Shown piece by piece: positions 12,582-25,217 of a stretch of DNA of 64,000 bases. Origin of the DNA: Lingula anatina (lineage: Eukaryota > Animalia > Brachiopoda). Each line of letters begins with the position of its first letter. Position 1 is the first letter of the stretch. The notes under the pieces are model-generated. The model was not told the origin of the DNA. It made no database searches and saw only the letters and a list, made by a program, of their open reading frames with translations. The translations under genes were made by a program, and so were the position numbers. The stretch covers positions 7,874,001 through 7,938,000 of the forward strand of contig CM120645.1 of NCBI GenBank assembly GCA_051362555.1. The letters are read 5' to 3'.

Positions 12582-15500
12582 ATGATTCGACAGTCCGCGT
12601 ATTCAAGCCTCCTTCTTCTGTGTATTGCAGGTATGTATGCCTTACTATTTCTGTCAGAAAGAATAACATAATTTATCATAAATCATAAATGACCATAATC
12701 TAGATACACATAATATGTGTATCTAGATTATGGTCATTTAAGCCTCCATCTTTTGATTCTGTTCTATGAGATCTGCACCGTTCTCAAAAGGTAAACTAAC
12801 AAACGGCGGCAGTATTAAATGTGTAGCGTGGAAAGTGTGGGGATCCTTTCAGCTGTCACAGTCAAGATTTTCGGTTTTCTCTATTTTTTCAAAAAGGCAA
12901 TGTCCATTAGCTGCAATGTATACCTTTACATCGGTTGGCTGAATTGTACATATAAAGGTTTAATAATTTCATTATATTTTTTAATTACAAAACCTTTGCT
13001 TTAAGTTCTTAGGGAATGAAAAAGTTGATAGGGTAAAGGCGATGTAACGAGACACACTCATTCAAAAAATGACATGAATGCTCTTAGTGTCAGAAATTAT
13101 AAAGAATCCTTGAAAGTTACATGGCTAAGAAGAATCATGTATAAAACTGTAAAAGATTAACCTTTTTACGTAGCTTCATAGTAAGAATGTGAAATGGTAC
13201 AAATGGGAATAATTGAGCATCATACTTACAGTGTGATGTGCCATGAATGAGTTTCAAAAGCAGTTGACAGTTTGTATAGTAATGTTGAATTCCTAATAAT
13301 GACAAGAGATAAAAATTGTTCGTTTTGGTTAAAAACTGATTTTCCTGGCGTAAAATACGACTTCACCATACTTACCAATGGTAAATAAATCCATTCCGAC
13401 ATTCAAAGTTAGTTTGATTTTTTTTTTTTTTTCAATTTTTTAATAACCTCATTAGAGATTATTGCGGATGTATAAAAGGCCATTTATGAAGGTCTGCGTG
13501 ATCTGATGGCAATCACAGATTCTAAAATAATTGCGATAACCAGCACGACGCAGGAAGAGGACCGGACCTACCTACCTACCTACCTACCTACCAAACAAAG
13601 AACGGTGGCTAGTATTGACATAAAGCAATTTCCAGTGGACCGGTAAAGATCATCCTCCAAGGTTCTGTCGCAGGTTGGGGAAAAAGAAGCATGGAGAAAA
13701 AGATAACAAGAGGACCCAGAAGAGTTGCTCCTGTTATATAACTGACACAGTATGAGGCGTTATAGAAACTACCCTACGACCCCAAAGGATTGTTAAATGC
13801 GTTGCTTTAGATAATAGTCATCGTATGGCTTACAAAAAAACCAAAGGGCCTAGGAAGTACTAAGTCAGAGCGCCAGAGATGTTCTGCAACGGGTTCAGTG
13901 CAAAGGCAGTTTATAATCTGTTTTATCTAAACATTTCCAGAGTTTTTCCTTATCATTTTTACCAAAAACCGAAACAGATTGAAACAGATTGTCTTGCCCA
14001 ACATGAGATTCATATTATAAATCCTTTGCCGTATTTCAATTTCTCTTTGATATCATAAGCGGTCTCCTCGGCCGCCGTGATCAGCTTAAGGGCGTCCAGG
14101 GCTGCGGGAAAGAGACCAGGCTCTCCCACCAATTCACACAGCTGCAGTTATGTAAGATCTGTACCCAGTAGCCTGCGCAGTCCCACGAACATGGGTCCCA
14201 AAGGGTTGGATACGTTTTACCAGAAATACACTGAGGCATATGGAATACCAGTGCTTGGTAAGTTCAAATGAGGCCCAGATTTTTTGCCATGGCGATTGGA
14301 ACCTTACTTGTACCTAGCAGCGAGTTGATAACATTAGACATCAGGCAAGAGTAGTTTAATTTCTTGAAAAGTTTTCTTTGGCGTTTATATTCAAAGCTTC
14401 TGCCAAAATATTTAAACGCATCTTGAAACATGCACTATTTTCCAACCTCCAGGATCCAGAAGCGTCCCAGATGATGCACTTCGCCGTGCCTGCTACACCG
14501 TGCGCTTTCTTTTCGCCGACCGCCTCGATGTTCGTACTGCATATTACCAACGCTTCGGCCGCTTTGCCGTCATGGGCAAAGACGAAGTCACCACCGACAT
14601 CCCAGAGCACTCCCACCTCGATCCCACCTACTGGGACAAGCGTGCACGTGGTCTCGGGGCGACTCTCTCAGCACCGGTTGCAACAAGCGCAGAGGAGAAC
14701 CTCCTTTGCTACACTAAAGACGGGTACCGCAGTGAAGACATCGCCCTCCATGAGTTTGCGCATGCGCTTCATAACTTAGGCGCCACGTATGGTGTGTCCA
14801 CTTTCCAGAGCCGCCTCAAGAGTGCCTATGATAGCGCCAAATCTAGAGGATTATGGGCAAATACCTACGCCATGACCAATGTCAACGAGTACTGGGTGGG
14901 TTTATTCGTAGAACTTAAACTTATATTTCGCTTTTGTAAACTGTTCAGAGGTATGCTTGTGTTTATATATTATTTCTGTGTGTAGGATGCTTTCGTTGAC
15001 TTTATTTTGTGTTACCAATATCTAGACCGATTGCCAATTTTTCATGAATAACTAAGTGCGTGCCTGTCCTTGTTCGTATCGTACAAACCGGCACGTGCTC
15101 GGGTAGCATGTTTATTTTAAGCACGTTAACTTTAAGTTTACAAGTCATAAATTCCAGTTGATCGACGCACCAAGATGTATACAACTTTTTGATTGGCATC
15201 TGAGCAGTTCTGAGGTTACATTTATTTTCTCACAGGCGGAGGCAGTACAGAGTTACTTTGGCGTAAATACCCACAGCGCCACGGCTAATGGCGTACACGG
15301 CCCAGTCAGCACCAGGGACAAACTGAGGACCTATGACCCCACTGTGTACGGACTGATCCAGGAGATCTTCCCGTGTAACAACAACTACATCAAGAGGTGT
15401 GATAAGTCACGTGGTAAGCCGGTGCTTTCTATCTTTGATTTAACTTTAAAATCTTTGTTTTTTAATATCACTGATCAAGGATATCAATTGTTAATTGTGC

Positions 15501-17186
15501 CTCCATTTAAGTCACAGTTCTTTTTTTTTTCAAACAACGGAATCATCTTCCCCCTCCCCAATATTTCAATATCTAAACAGACAAATATAGGGGACGAAGA
15601 AAATTAATTTTTATTCGGCTGTTGTTCGAAGAAATTCCATGTTTTATTGTCAAATTGAGCGCTGGTAAAATGCTTTACTTGGCTACTTATTTGTTTTGCT
15701 TTGCCCAATAATCATTTGTGAGATATGTGGTATACGATGTTTTTTTCGGCAAAAAGAACAGATTGCCTTCCCAGGCCTTGGATTGTGCCATTATCAGATG
15801 TAAGTGCCATCGTCAAATTTGGATAAACTTTTCATTTAAGAAATGATAAATAAGTTGTACTGTTGAAAACTGTTTCCTATTCCAGCGAGCGAGGCTGCCC
15901 AAACTCTGCGGATGAACTGTGACTCATCCGGAACAGGTACAGGTAGGGCGACAACATTGCCTCAAGTAGCTTCAAGACATGCGCTTGGTCGCTTTTATAT
16001 GTCATTCACAATTGCTTTGCGATTTTTGATAAGTCCAAATGAATATTGGCTGTAATTCTAATTAGTAACAAGGCATCGGGACTTGCTTCCTCTTTGCTAC
16101 GTAGGACCCAGAGCATGTACTTGTTCGTAAGATATGTTTTGCAACAGGGCAATAATTGTCAAAAGAATTTGCCTCTACTAATCCTTACAGATCTGGATCT
16201 GAATGGGATACGTTCATTCAGTATTCAAGACTTACAGTACTTGACTCCATTTCAGGCACAACTGCTGACTGCAAAGATAACAATAAATACTGCCCAAGCT
16301 GGGCTAAAAATGGCGAATGTCAGAAGAACCCGAGTTACATGTTGCCCAACTGTAAGCTCAGCTGTAACCGTTGCTCTGGTAAGTGTGGTCTGGCCTTATC
16401 ATAGTGAAAGAACTTTTTAAAAAACTGTAGAAAAATATCGATTGGCAAATGTATACCCGGTAGAATTTAATTTTGGTTGAAAATAACTTATGGGCATAAA
16501 TTGTTATATGTAAATACAATCATTTGTTTTGTTTTTGTTGGAATTAAAACTTAATTATAATTAAATGAAATAACTTATGAGTGTAAATTGTTCAATGAAA
16601 ATACAACCCTAATATTCTGTAATAAAAATAAACAGTTAAGTGTTTGGAAAGACGTGCTGATCGATACATAAATGAAAAGAATCATTTCTAAGTAGGAAAT
16701 GAAAAAAGCCAAAACGTAACACGATAACGAGATTTGTAACATCTCGTCATCTCGAGATGATACCTGTAACGTTGACAGAGGTCCAAAAATCAGCATAAAA
16801 ATGGAGATAACCTTAATGATGAGATCATGTAATTTTAACAGACAATTTAACTTATTTTTTTAATAGATTGGAGCATTTTTGATTCAGGTACAAGTACTGC
16901 GTACCGAATTCCATTCAATAAGGTCAACAGATTTTTAGCGTTTCGTTTGGCATGTAATGCATCACGATGAGGAATCATTTAACTTCTGTTGGTGTTTTCT
17001 ATTTTTCGCACACACAAACACACACATATCAGACTTTACAATCGTACGAATAATCTTTCTATGTTTTCAGGCGTGAATTGCGTAGATAATAACTCAAACT
17101 GTCAGAATTGGGCCTCGAGAGGGGAGTGCAACAAAAACCCCGGCTACATGCTCTCGAATTGCAAGAAGAGCTGCAACGTCTGCTAG
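12582..17186 (+). CDS. Secreted HEXXH zinc metalloprotease (lethal factor/PPEP/MtfA-like) with two C-terminal ShK domains, copy 1, ~387 aa; exons 12582-12630, 14060-14257, 14453-14895, 15236-15413, 15886-15942 (alt. donor after 15936), 16256-16378, 17071-17186
   Basis: All junctions GT-AG and phase-compatible. Signal peptide MIRQSAYSSLLLLCIAAVSSA; EDIALHEFAHALH; YAMTNVNEYWAEAVQSYF; RDKLRTYDPTVY; two 6-Cys ShK domains (CKDNNKYCPSWAKNGECQKNPSYMLPNCKLSCNRC; CVDNNSNCQNWASRGECNKNPGYMLSNCKKSCNVC). First exon is the least certain. Confidence 0.85.
12686..12740. repeat. Perfect palindrome, 27-bp arms, 1-nt spacer
   Basis: TAAATGACCATAATCTAGATACACATA-A-TATGTGTATCTAGATTATGGTCATTTA. Confidence 0.92.
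12990..13150 (+). mobile_element. Eroded L1/Tx1-type LINE ORF2 fragment
   Basis: Fragments translate to FLGNEKVDRVK and ESLKVTWLRRI, resembling post-RT L1/Tx1 motifs FLWNGKxDKIKR and SLKxxWLRR; frame broken. Confidence 0.4.
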
Positions 17187-17775
17187 GAGTTGAAATGGTA
17201 GACAGTTATTTGTCTATTCATCGGATAATTGTTATCAGTTCGTCTGATTATCTTTTTATGTTGCTAAATAATCATATGGTAAAAATAAGCATCGTCATAT
17301 TTTCTTATTTCTCCTATGACTGGGAATAAAATTATATACCAACATGCCATAAGACACCCAAAAATAATTAGATATGGGCATATCAGATTACATACATGCA
17401 AAAAAGTCCACATGACGACGATTTACAGCCTCGCGGGAATGCTTTTCCCTTGACGCTATTTGTCGCGCTGTCGGTCGAAGCAGCATAAATTTCAAAACAA
17501 ACTGACTGCAAATTAATCACGAATTTGAACCGCCAAGTATCGTAACAAGTTTTCATTTCTTGTACACATTGTTTCCACAAGTATTTTCTACCCAAACTAC
17601 CAAAAGAAAAAATTGTTTTCTATGTTGTTGGAAAAACTGCCCTTTTTCTCTGAATCCACGTCTTTACTCCCATTTCGCCTCCAGCTAAAAATCACCACTC
17701 AGGTTGACGTCTTACACTACTTGACGTCACATGACGTCACACTTCCTGCACAATCCTATCTCCTCCGGTACCCTC

Positions 17776-17894
17776 TATTGCATTCGGCTTAAGCAGCTCT
17801 GCATGGTGTCTGGCTCGCCTACTGAAGCTGCAAATTACCCCCTAACAGCTTCAGTAGGCATGTCAGACACCAGAGCCGCTTAAGCTGAATGCAA
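17776..17894. mobile_element. Core of palindromic MITE family (related copies ~31735-31830 and 37865-38087)
   Basis: ATTGCATTCGGCTTAAGCAGCTCTG..GTGTCTG..GCCTACTGAAGCTG / CAGCTTCAGTAGGC..CAGACAC.CAGAGCCGCTTAAGCTGAATGCAAT around AATTACCCCCT. Confidence 0.65.
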
Positions 17895-19890
17895 TTTAGT
17901 GAGAAACCTCTCGGAGATGGGCCGATCCTGCTAGATCGATCTAGGATTGGGAGCACAGTCTTAGAGAGGGGGTAATTTTTATTGAAACCTCCCGAAAATT
18001 AAATATGTGAACGGAACGATTCAAAATTTATATCAATAAGATTAATCATATATTAATATATTCATAATAAAGTCATTGAATTAACTATGCAAGAATTAGA
18101 TGTTTTTGTAATGTAAGATTTATGCATCTCGCGTCATAAAATCTCATTCAAACTAAAACCTGGTTATTTGCGAACCAAACCCAGAACCCCCAATGACCAG
18201 TTCAGTCCTTAGATCAGTACCTCATTGAGCATATGTAGGATATATCCTTGGAAATGGATAGCTGAGGGAAAAATCCTGCAAACTAAAATGATTTCATACT
18301 AAATTTGCCCCGTATGTGGAACACCATCACTCCGCAAAAGTTTCAGTACTTTTTCGCTTCCTGGTCCTGATGTTAGCCCGTGTGTGCCATGTTTGTGGTA
18401 GGACGGGTTTCACGGTTGTCATGAAATAAGATGTGTATTGTATTTTCGAGGTAGAAGTAGTTCCGTCTAGATTGTCGTTCCCATTTCATTGTAAATTTCT
18501 TACTCAACTATTTCTCTTTTGTTAGTTTTTACCTTTCCGTGCCTTTTTTTCACCGTTGCATTTATAGTAATTCGTTTTCCTTACATATAGTTATCATCAA
18601 ATGAGAAAATTGATTGATGATTATTAGTTTTTTACCGATAGTTGTACATTGTTAGACAAAGGTAATTAAATGGGAGTTATATTTTTATTTAGCTCTCTAA
18701 GATAAAGCCTTTTTTGCTATTCAAGATGAGTAGTTCCTGTGCCACTCTTGTGGTAGGAATGATTTCTTACAGATACCTTAGAATAATACGTGGGATGTAT
18801 TTTCAAGAATAAGAAGCTGGTATACTCAGAATCCTGAAAGTAGCCTTGCAGCAAATCTTTTGTCTTTTTAACAAATAAAAATATCAATATTACAAAACCG
18901 CAGTGTGCATGTTTAAATAAAATATAACTATTTATAACATTCTGTGCATACCCACGCTTAAAAGATTAATCTATAAAAATCGGAGATCAAACAGATCCAG
19001 GCAAGAGAACATTTCAGGACCACGCATGATATTCCCTAATGACTTTTACAGGTGTGCGTCCAGAACAGAGCTTCTCAGTGACAAAATTAAGACCAGGTGG
19101 TCCCTTTTTTTTTTTTAATCTTTTTTGATAATTTGATCTGAGGCCAGTTAAGAGCTGCAAAGTATTACAGATTGTTTTATTCTCGTAACGGTAAACCATG
19201 CACATTAAGTAAATGTAACAGACGCCTACTGATGCATAAATGTTTGTATATATTAACTTATCTCATTTAGGAAATAACTGAAACATTAAGACTTATCTGA
19301 TGTCGTCTCACGAAACCACTTGTTAGAAATCGTAAACATCGTCAAATTACTAAGAAAAAGGGTAAATATAGACACACAGCAATAGGACCTGTTTGAGTAT
19401 AAAGATAAAAGGGAATGATAAAGACGTCTCCTATGTCAGTCAGTCACGCACTCGTCTTTATAGTCTTCTCCGTAGCTTGCCTATTCCACAGACTATTCTA
19501 CCGGCACAGGTAAATACACGGTATAAATTTCTCTCTCTGTTTTGTACACATGTACTTGTGCTGTACATATCGACACATCCAAGATATTATAATTAGGGGT
19601 GTGTTTGGGGGGGGGGGGGGCACATCGATCATCATGTTGCCAAATTTATCAAAAAGGTGATAATTTAAGTAAACGTGAAATGTTGGTTCTTTATCTTTTA
19701 CAATTTCTTTGTGTGTTGTTGATTAATGAAAATATACTGGTACTAACTCTTTCAACAGATGTTGATCAAACCCTCTGATGACCAAACTTTTCCTTTATTT
19801 TAAATGTAATGACGGTTTTTATGTTTTCTTATATACCAGGGACAACAATATCGCCGTAACTCGGTAAAAGTGCATAGGTATTGAAGAACG

Positions 19891-22800
19891 ATGAAGACCA
19901 CTCTGATCTTGTTTATTACAGGTAGGCATTTTTATTTTATACATTTAGTAATGAACTCACTAATTTTCAGAAAGAAGAAATATGACCGACCCCAACGATC
20001 AAATGGAGGGGGGGAATATATTTTCGAGGCGTAGCTAGGTCAAACAAAAATGGATAAAATGTATAAAAGCGCACCCTTATTACGTGGTAATCAGTATTTT
20101 TCGATCCTCATTATTTTCAAATTTAAAGAATGCTGATTATTGGTTTGGAAAGTGGGGAAATTTACAGGAAAACCCTAAAAACAGACAACGTGCGTCGGGC
20201 AGTTTGGCATACCAGCTCCGTTGGTCTGCCGCTAGATGACGAGGTCCAAATACTACCAGTTCAACTAAAATTTCGCGCATTCTCGCTTGCGATTTCACAC
20301 TACATTTGGATATGGCTTGTAAACATATATATAAGTCGATGACTGTAAAATAACTGAAGGCAAATTATTCGAATGTGATTCCGTGACAACGAGAATTAAT
20401 TATGAATTGACTGAAAAATATCTTTTTACTTTTCATATCGTCCTTGAAAAACGTTATTGCTTTTTTTTCATGGGGCCTGGCAGCGTATATGTGCATCAAT
20501 CCTGACAAATGTTTCGACTATAAGTACTGATATGAGTAGGCCTCAGGTTACCTTGAACCACAGAAGTTTTTTATCTCATAAATTATTTGCCGCATTTTAA
20601 TTTCTCTTTGATATCATCAGCGGTCTCTTCAGCCGCTGTGATCAGCTTAAGGGCGTCCAGGGCTGCGGGAAAGAGACCAGGTTCTCCCACCAATTCCCAC
20701 AGCTGCAGTTACGTAAGATCTGTACCCAGTAGCCTGCGCAGTCCCACGAACATGGGTCCTAAAGGGTTGGATACGTTTTACCAGAAATACACTGAGGCTT
20801 ATGGAATACCAGTGCTTGGTAAGTTCAAATGAGGTCCAGATTTCTAGGCAAACCTAGTAATCTAGCAGCAATTTCATTTATTAGACATCAGACGTTTCAG
20901 AAGTAAAAATGAAGTTTAATTCGTTGAAAACCTGTCTTTGTTGTTTCCTCTCTGAAAATTAAAACATTAGTTTTGATAACCTCCAGGATCCAGAAACGTC
21001 CCAAATGATGCACTCCGCCGCGCCTGCTACACCGTGCGCTTTCTCTTCGCCGACCGCCTCGATGTCCGCACTGCGTATTACCAGCGCTTCGGCCGCTTTG
21101 CCGTCATGAGTAAAAACGAGGTCACCACCGACATCCCAGAGCACTCACACCTCGATCCCACCTACTGGGACAAGCGTGCACGTGGTCTCGGGGCGATTCT
21201 CTCAGCACCGGTAGCAACAAGCGCAGAGGAGAACCTCCTTTGCTATACTAAAGACGGGTACCGCAGTGAAGACATCGCCCTCCATGAGTTTGCGCATGCG
21301 CTTCATAACTTAGGCGCCACCTATAGGCTAGTGTGTCCACTTTCCAGAGCCGCCTTAAGAGTGCCTACAATAGCGCCAAATCCAGAGGATTATGGGCAAA
21401 AACCTATGCCATGGCCAATGTCAACGAGTACTGGGTAAGTTTTGCTGTACGACTTGAACTTTTGTCAACGTTATGTGATTAGGCCTACATGTATATATAT
21501 ATATATATCATGCATATAGGTCGGATTTAGTCGAATTTATTTTGAATTTCCAAATAATACCAAAGTGTGCGCCTGCATGTCCCTGTACGTATCCAAAGTA
21601 TAGGAAAATGCACGGGTAAGTATACGTTAACTTTAAGTTTACAAGTCGATATTCCTGTTGATTGACGCAAAGATGTATTTAACTTTTGGATTGGCGTCTG
21701 AGAAGTTCTGAGGTTACCTTTATTTTGTCACAGGCGGAGGCAGTACAGAGTTACTTTGGCGCGAATACCCACAGCGCCACGGCCAATGGCGTCCACGGCC
21801 CAGTCAGCACCAGGGACAAACTGAGGACCTATGACCCCACTGTGTACGGACTGATCCAGGAGATCTTCCCGTGTAACAACAACTACATCAAGAGATGTGA
21901 TAAGTCACGTGGTAAGCCGGTGCTTTCTGTCTTTGTTTTAACGTTTTAACTTTAAAATCTTTGTTTTTTGATATCACTGATCTAGGATATCAATTGTCAA
22001 GTGAACCTTCATCTAAGTTAGTTATAGTTTTTCAATCAACGGAATGAACTTCCCTCTCCATTATTTCACTATCTAAACAGACATCCTTTTAAGGGACGAA
22101 AAAAAATTAGTTCAGCTGTTGTTCAAAGAAACTGCGTGTTTTATTGTCAGTTAAAGCGATTGTGAAATGTTTCCTGGTCTTATTTGTTGTGTCTTGGCCA
22201 ATTATCATTTGTGAGATGTGTGGAATACGGGGTATTTTTCGGTAAGAAGTTCATTACCAACAACTTGTCCTTTCGGACCTCTGATTATGCCTTCATTCGA
22301 ATGGATATAAGTGCCATGATCAAATTTGGATAAACATTACATTTGAGAAAAGAAAAATGGTAAATAAGTTGTATTGTTGATAATTATTCTTATTCCAGCA
22401 CGCGAAGCTGCCCAGACTCTGAGGATGAACTGTGACTCATCCGGAACAGGTACAGGTAGGGCGACAACGTTACCTCAAGTAGCTTCAAGACATACACTTG
22501 GTCACCTTTATATATTATTCACAATTGCTGTGCGATTTTTGATCAATCAAAAAGAATATCGGCTTTAATTCTAATTAGTAACAAGCATCGGGAATTTCCT
22601 TCTAAAGGCTGCGTTGGACCCAGAGCGGGTACTTGTTTGTAAGATATGTTTTGCAACAGGGCAATATTATCAAAAGAATTTGACTCTACTTCTTAAAGAT
22701 ATGGATCTGAATCTGATACGTTTATTCAGTATTCAAGACCCAGATTGACTACATTTCAGGTGACTGCAAAGATAATAATAAATACTGTCAAAGCTGGGCT

Positions 22801-23858
22801 AAAAGAGGCGAATGTCAGAAGAACCCAGGCTACATGTTACCCAACTGTAAGCTCAGCTGTAACCGGTGCTCCGGTAAGTATGGTCTGGCCATATCATAGT
22901 GAAAGTACTTACTGACTGTAGATAAATACCGATTGGCAAGTGTATAGCCGGCATAACTTTGTTTTGGTTGAAAGTAGAACTTTTAATAAAATGAAATAAC
23001 TTATGGGCGTAATTTGTTAAATTTGTAAATACAACCCAAATATTCTGTCTAGTCTGTCCGGAAAAAAACAGTTAATTTTTTGGAAAGACATGTTGATCGT
23101 TGCATACATGAAAAGCATCATTTCTAAGTAAAAAAAATGAAAAAGGCCAAAACAACATGATAACGAGGTTTGTAATATCTTGTCAGTGCGAGATGTTACG
23201 AGTTATGTGGAGGGAGGTCGAAATATCACAAAAGAAATTGCGATCACCTTTAAGGTACACTTCATGAGATTTACCCGTCAAACTTGATCTCCCCAGGAAA
23301 ATAAGCAATCTCACAAATTATTAATCTATCCTTCTCTTCAATTGGATTCGACCTTTGATGAAATTTATATTATAAAGGTTGATTTTAGCCGGCCAGTCAT
23401 TATAACAGGGACCAGCCTATAAGCTGCTACGGAAACATCAGTATCAGGTACGCTCCAGAAAAATATTTTTAAAGGGGGCTAAATCATTTTAAGGTGTATG
23501 TAAGGTTTTATGAGAAGCTGTGGATGGCCAAAACGAGCATTTGGAGGATTTTCAAGCCCATAGACTGTACCTTTAATGATAAGTTCAAGTAATTTTTATA
23601 GGCATTTTAATGTTTTTTTTTTTTTTTGATAGACTGGAGCAGTATTTCTAGATATCATATCAAACATGATTAGTTACTTCATTTGGTGTGTAAGTACATA
23701 TATCCAAGTTTACGAACAGATGAAAAATAACTTTGATTTCAGGAGTGAGTTGCGTAGATAAGAACTCAAACTGTCAGAATTGGGCTTCGAGAGGGGAGTG
23801 CAGCAAAAACCCCAAGTACATGCTCTTCAACTGCAAGAAGAGCTGCAACGTCTGCTAA
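19891..23858 (+). pseudogene. Metalloprotease-ShK copy 2, frameshifted; exons 19891-19921, 20621-20818, 20987-21434, 21734-21911, 22399-22455, 22760-22873, 23743-23858
   Basis: Closely similar to copy 1 with the same splice sites from exon 2 on; exon 3 is 448 nt versus 443 nt (net +5 at ~21325-21330, TAT-AGGCTA-GTGTG versus TAT-G-GTGTG), giving a stop at 21822-21824 after splicing. Could be an assembly or allelic defect. Confidence 0.75.
23253..23572. mobile_element. Kolobok-like (TTAA-target) MITE in last intron of copy 2
   Basis: AGGTACA...TGTACCT termini at TTAA; the paralogous intron of copy 1 shows the empty site (GATAACCTTAATGATG, ~16806-16821). Confidence 0.7.
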
Positions 23859-23884
23859 GAGTTGAAATGGTAGACAGTTAATTG

Positions 23885-23992
23885 TCTATTTATCGATTTA
23901 TTGTTATCAGCTCAACTTATATAATAGTAATTAATATGTTTCTATTTATCGATTTATTGTTATCAGCTCAACTTATATAATAGTAATTAATA
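23885..23992. repeat. Tandem duplication (56-bp period) in 3' UTR region of copy 2
   Basis: TCTATTTATCGATTTATTGTTATCAGCTCAACTTATATAATAGTAATTAATA at 23885 and 23941. Confidence 0.85.
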
Positions 23993-25217
23993 GTAATTAT
24001 TATAGTACTATTAAAAATAAGTATGATCATATTTTCTTATTTTTCTTATGACTGGACAATAACACCATGCACCAACATGCAAGCCGCTAAGATCCGATGA
24101 AATTTCCGAAACTTAAAGAAATATGGTGCCTAATGGTAGACCGTACGAAATTTGCAATGTTGCGAACGAAAAAGTTTTTTTTTTTTTTTTTTGCATTCAT
24201 GACCATTGTATATGCAGTGTATGTATCTCTGCATTTGGAGACGATGTGACAGGAATAGTAGTCCTAGGAATTACAATCCTGGGCCCCATAGTATTAGTAA
24301 ACTCGGAAGGTTAGAGATAGCAGGAAGTATCGATGTCAGTATCTGAGACGAATGTCACTTTTACAAGGAAGCCTAAATGGCAGACGGACTACGGTCTTTT
24401 AGCTGACTACCATATCTGTTTGAGTAAGAACGGGTGACGACTTGGTAAATTACGCCATCACATGCAGTCGCTGTAATAGTATCGGAAATTTGGTGACACC
24501 TCTACCTACTTATAAGCCAAACGTTAAAGGAATAGGGAGGTTTCGCAAACGACGAACTATGAAGCTCGATTTGAAAACTACGTCATTTACTCTTATAATA
24601 AATACATACAATATGATATTGCATATTTTCGCTCTTATTCTTATTAAAAATAAGTATATAATTTGAATTTGTGGTTGTCAAGTCATTAACTAGGCCTATC
24701 TATCACTTTAATTGGGAAATTCATAGTCTAGCAATCTATCATGAAATTGTGACTATTGCCATTCCTAGTGCCTGTGACAGGTCTTTTTGCATCATTTTAA
24801 GACGTTTGTATTGTCAGAGATACAGTAACATTTACTTCCCGTATTGAGTGCTATTTAGAAAACTGTAGTTGTCCAATCGTCGATATGTGACGTCATCTAA
24901 CGAGGATGAAATAGGCATAATTTTGGGGAATCTGTGCAACCCCTATATGAGCGTGTGCTAACGCACTGCACTGAACTGCAACGGATCTACCACGTGTGTC
25001 GCGTGAACAGCTTACCCTCTACCAGGGCGACATCGATTTTCCACAGATATTCACAGATATATCTATAGATAAATAGACAGTCATTTTGGTATGAACAGCT
25101 CACGTGGGGACCAAAACCCGTGGCCCCTGCACAACAGCGGTTCAGAAGAAGTGCTTCCAATTCATACAACGCCGTCATGGTGCGTAACATAAAAAAATAT
25201 AGCTACTATCACCTACT

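Noticed and set aside
13490-13910. Possible tyrosine-recombinase or other TE relic with (CTAC)n
   Set aside because: No continuous frame or convincing motif.
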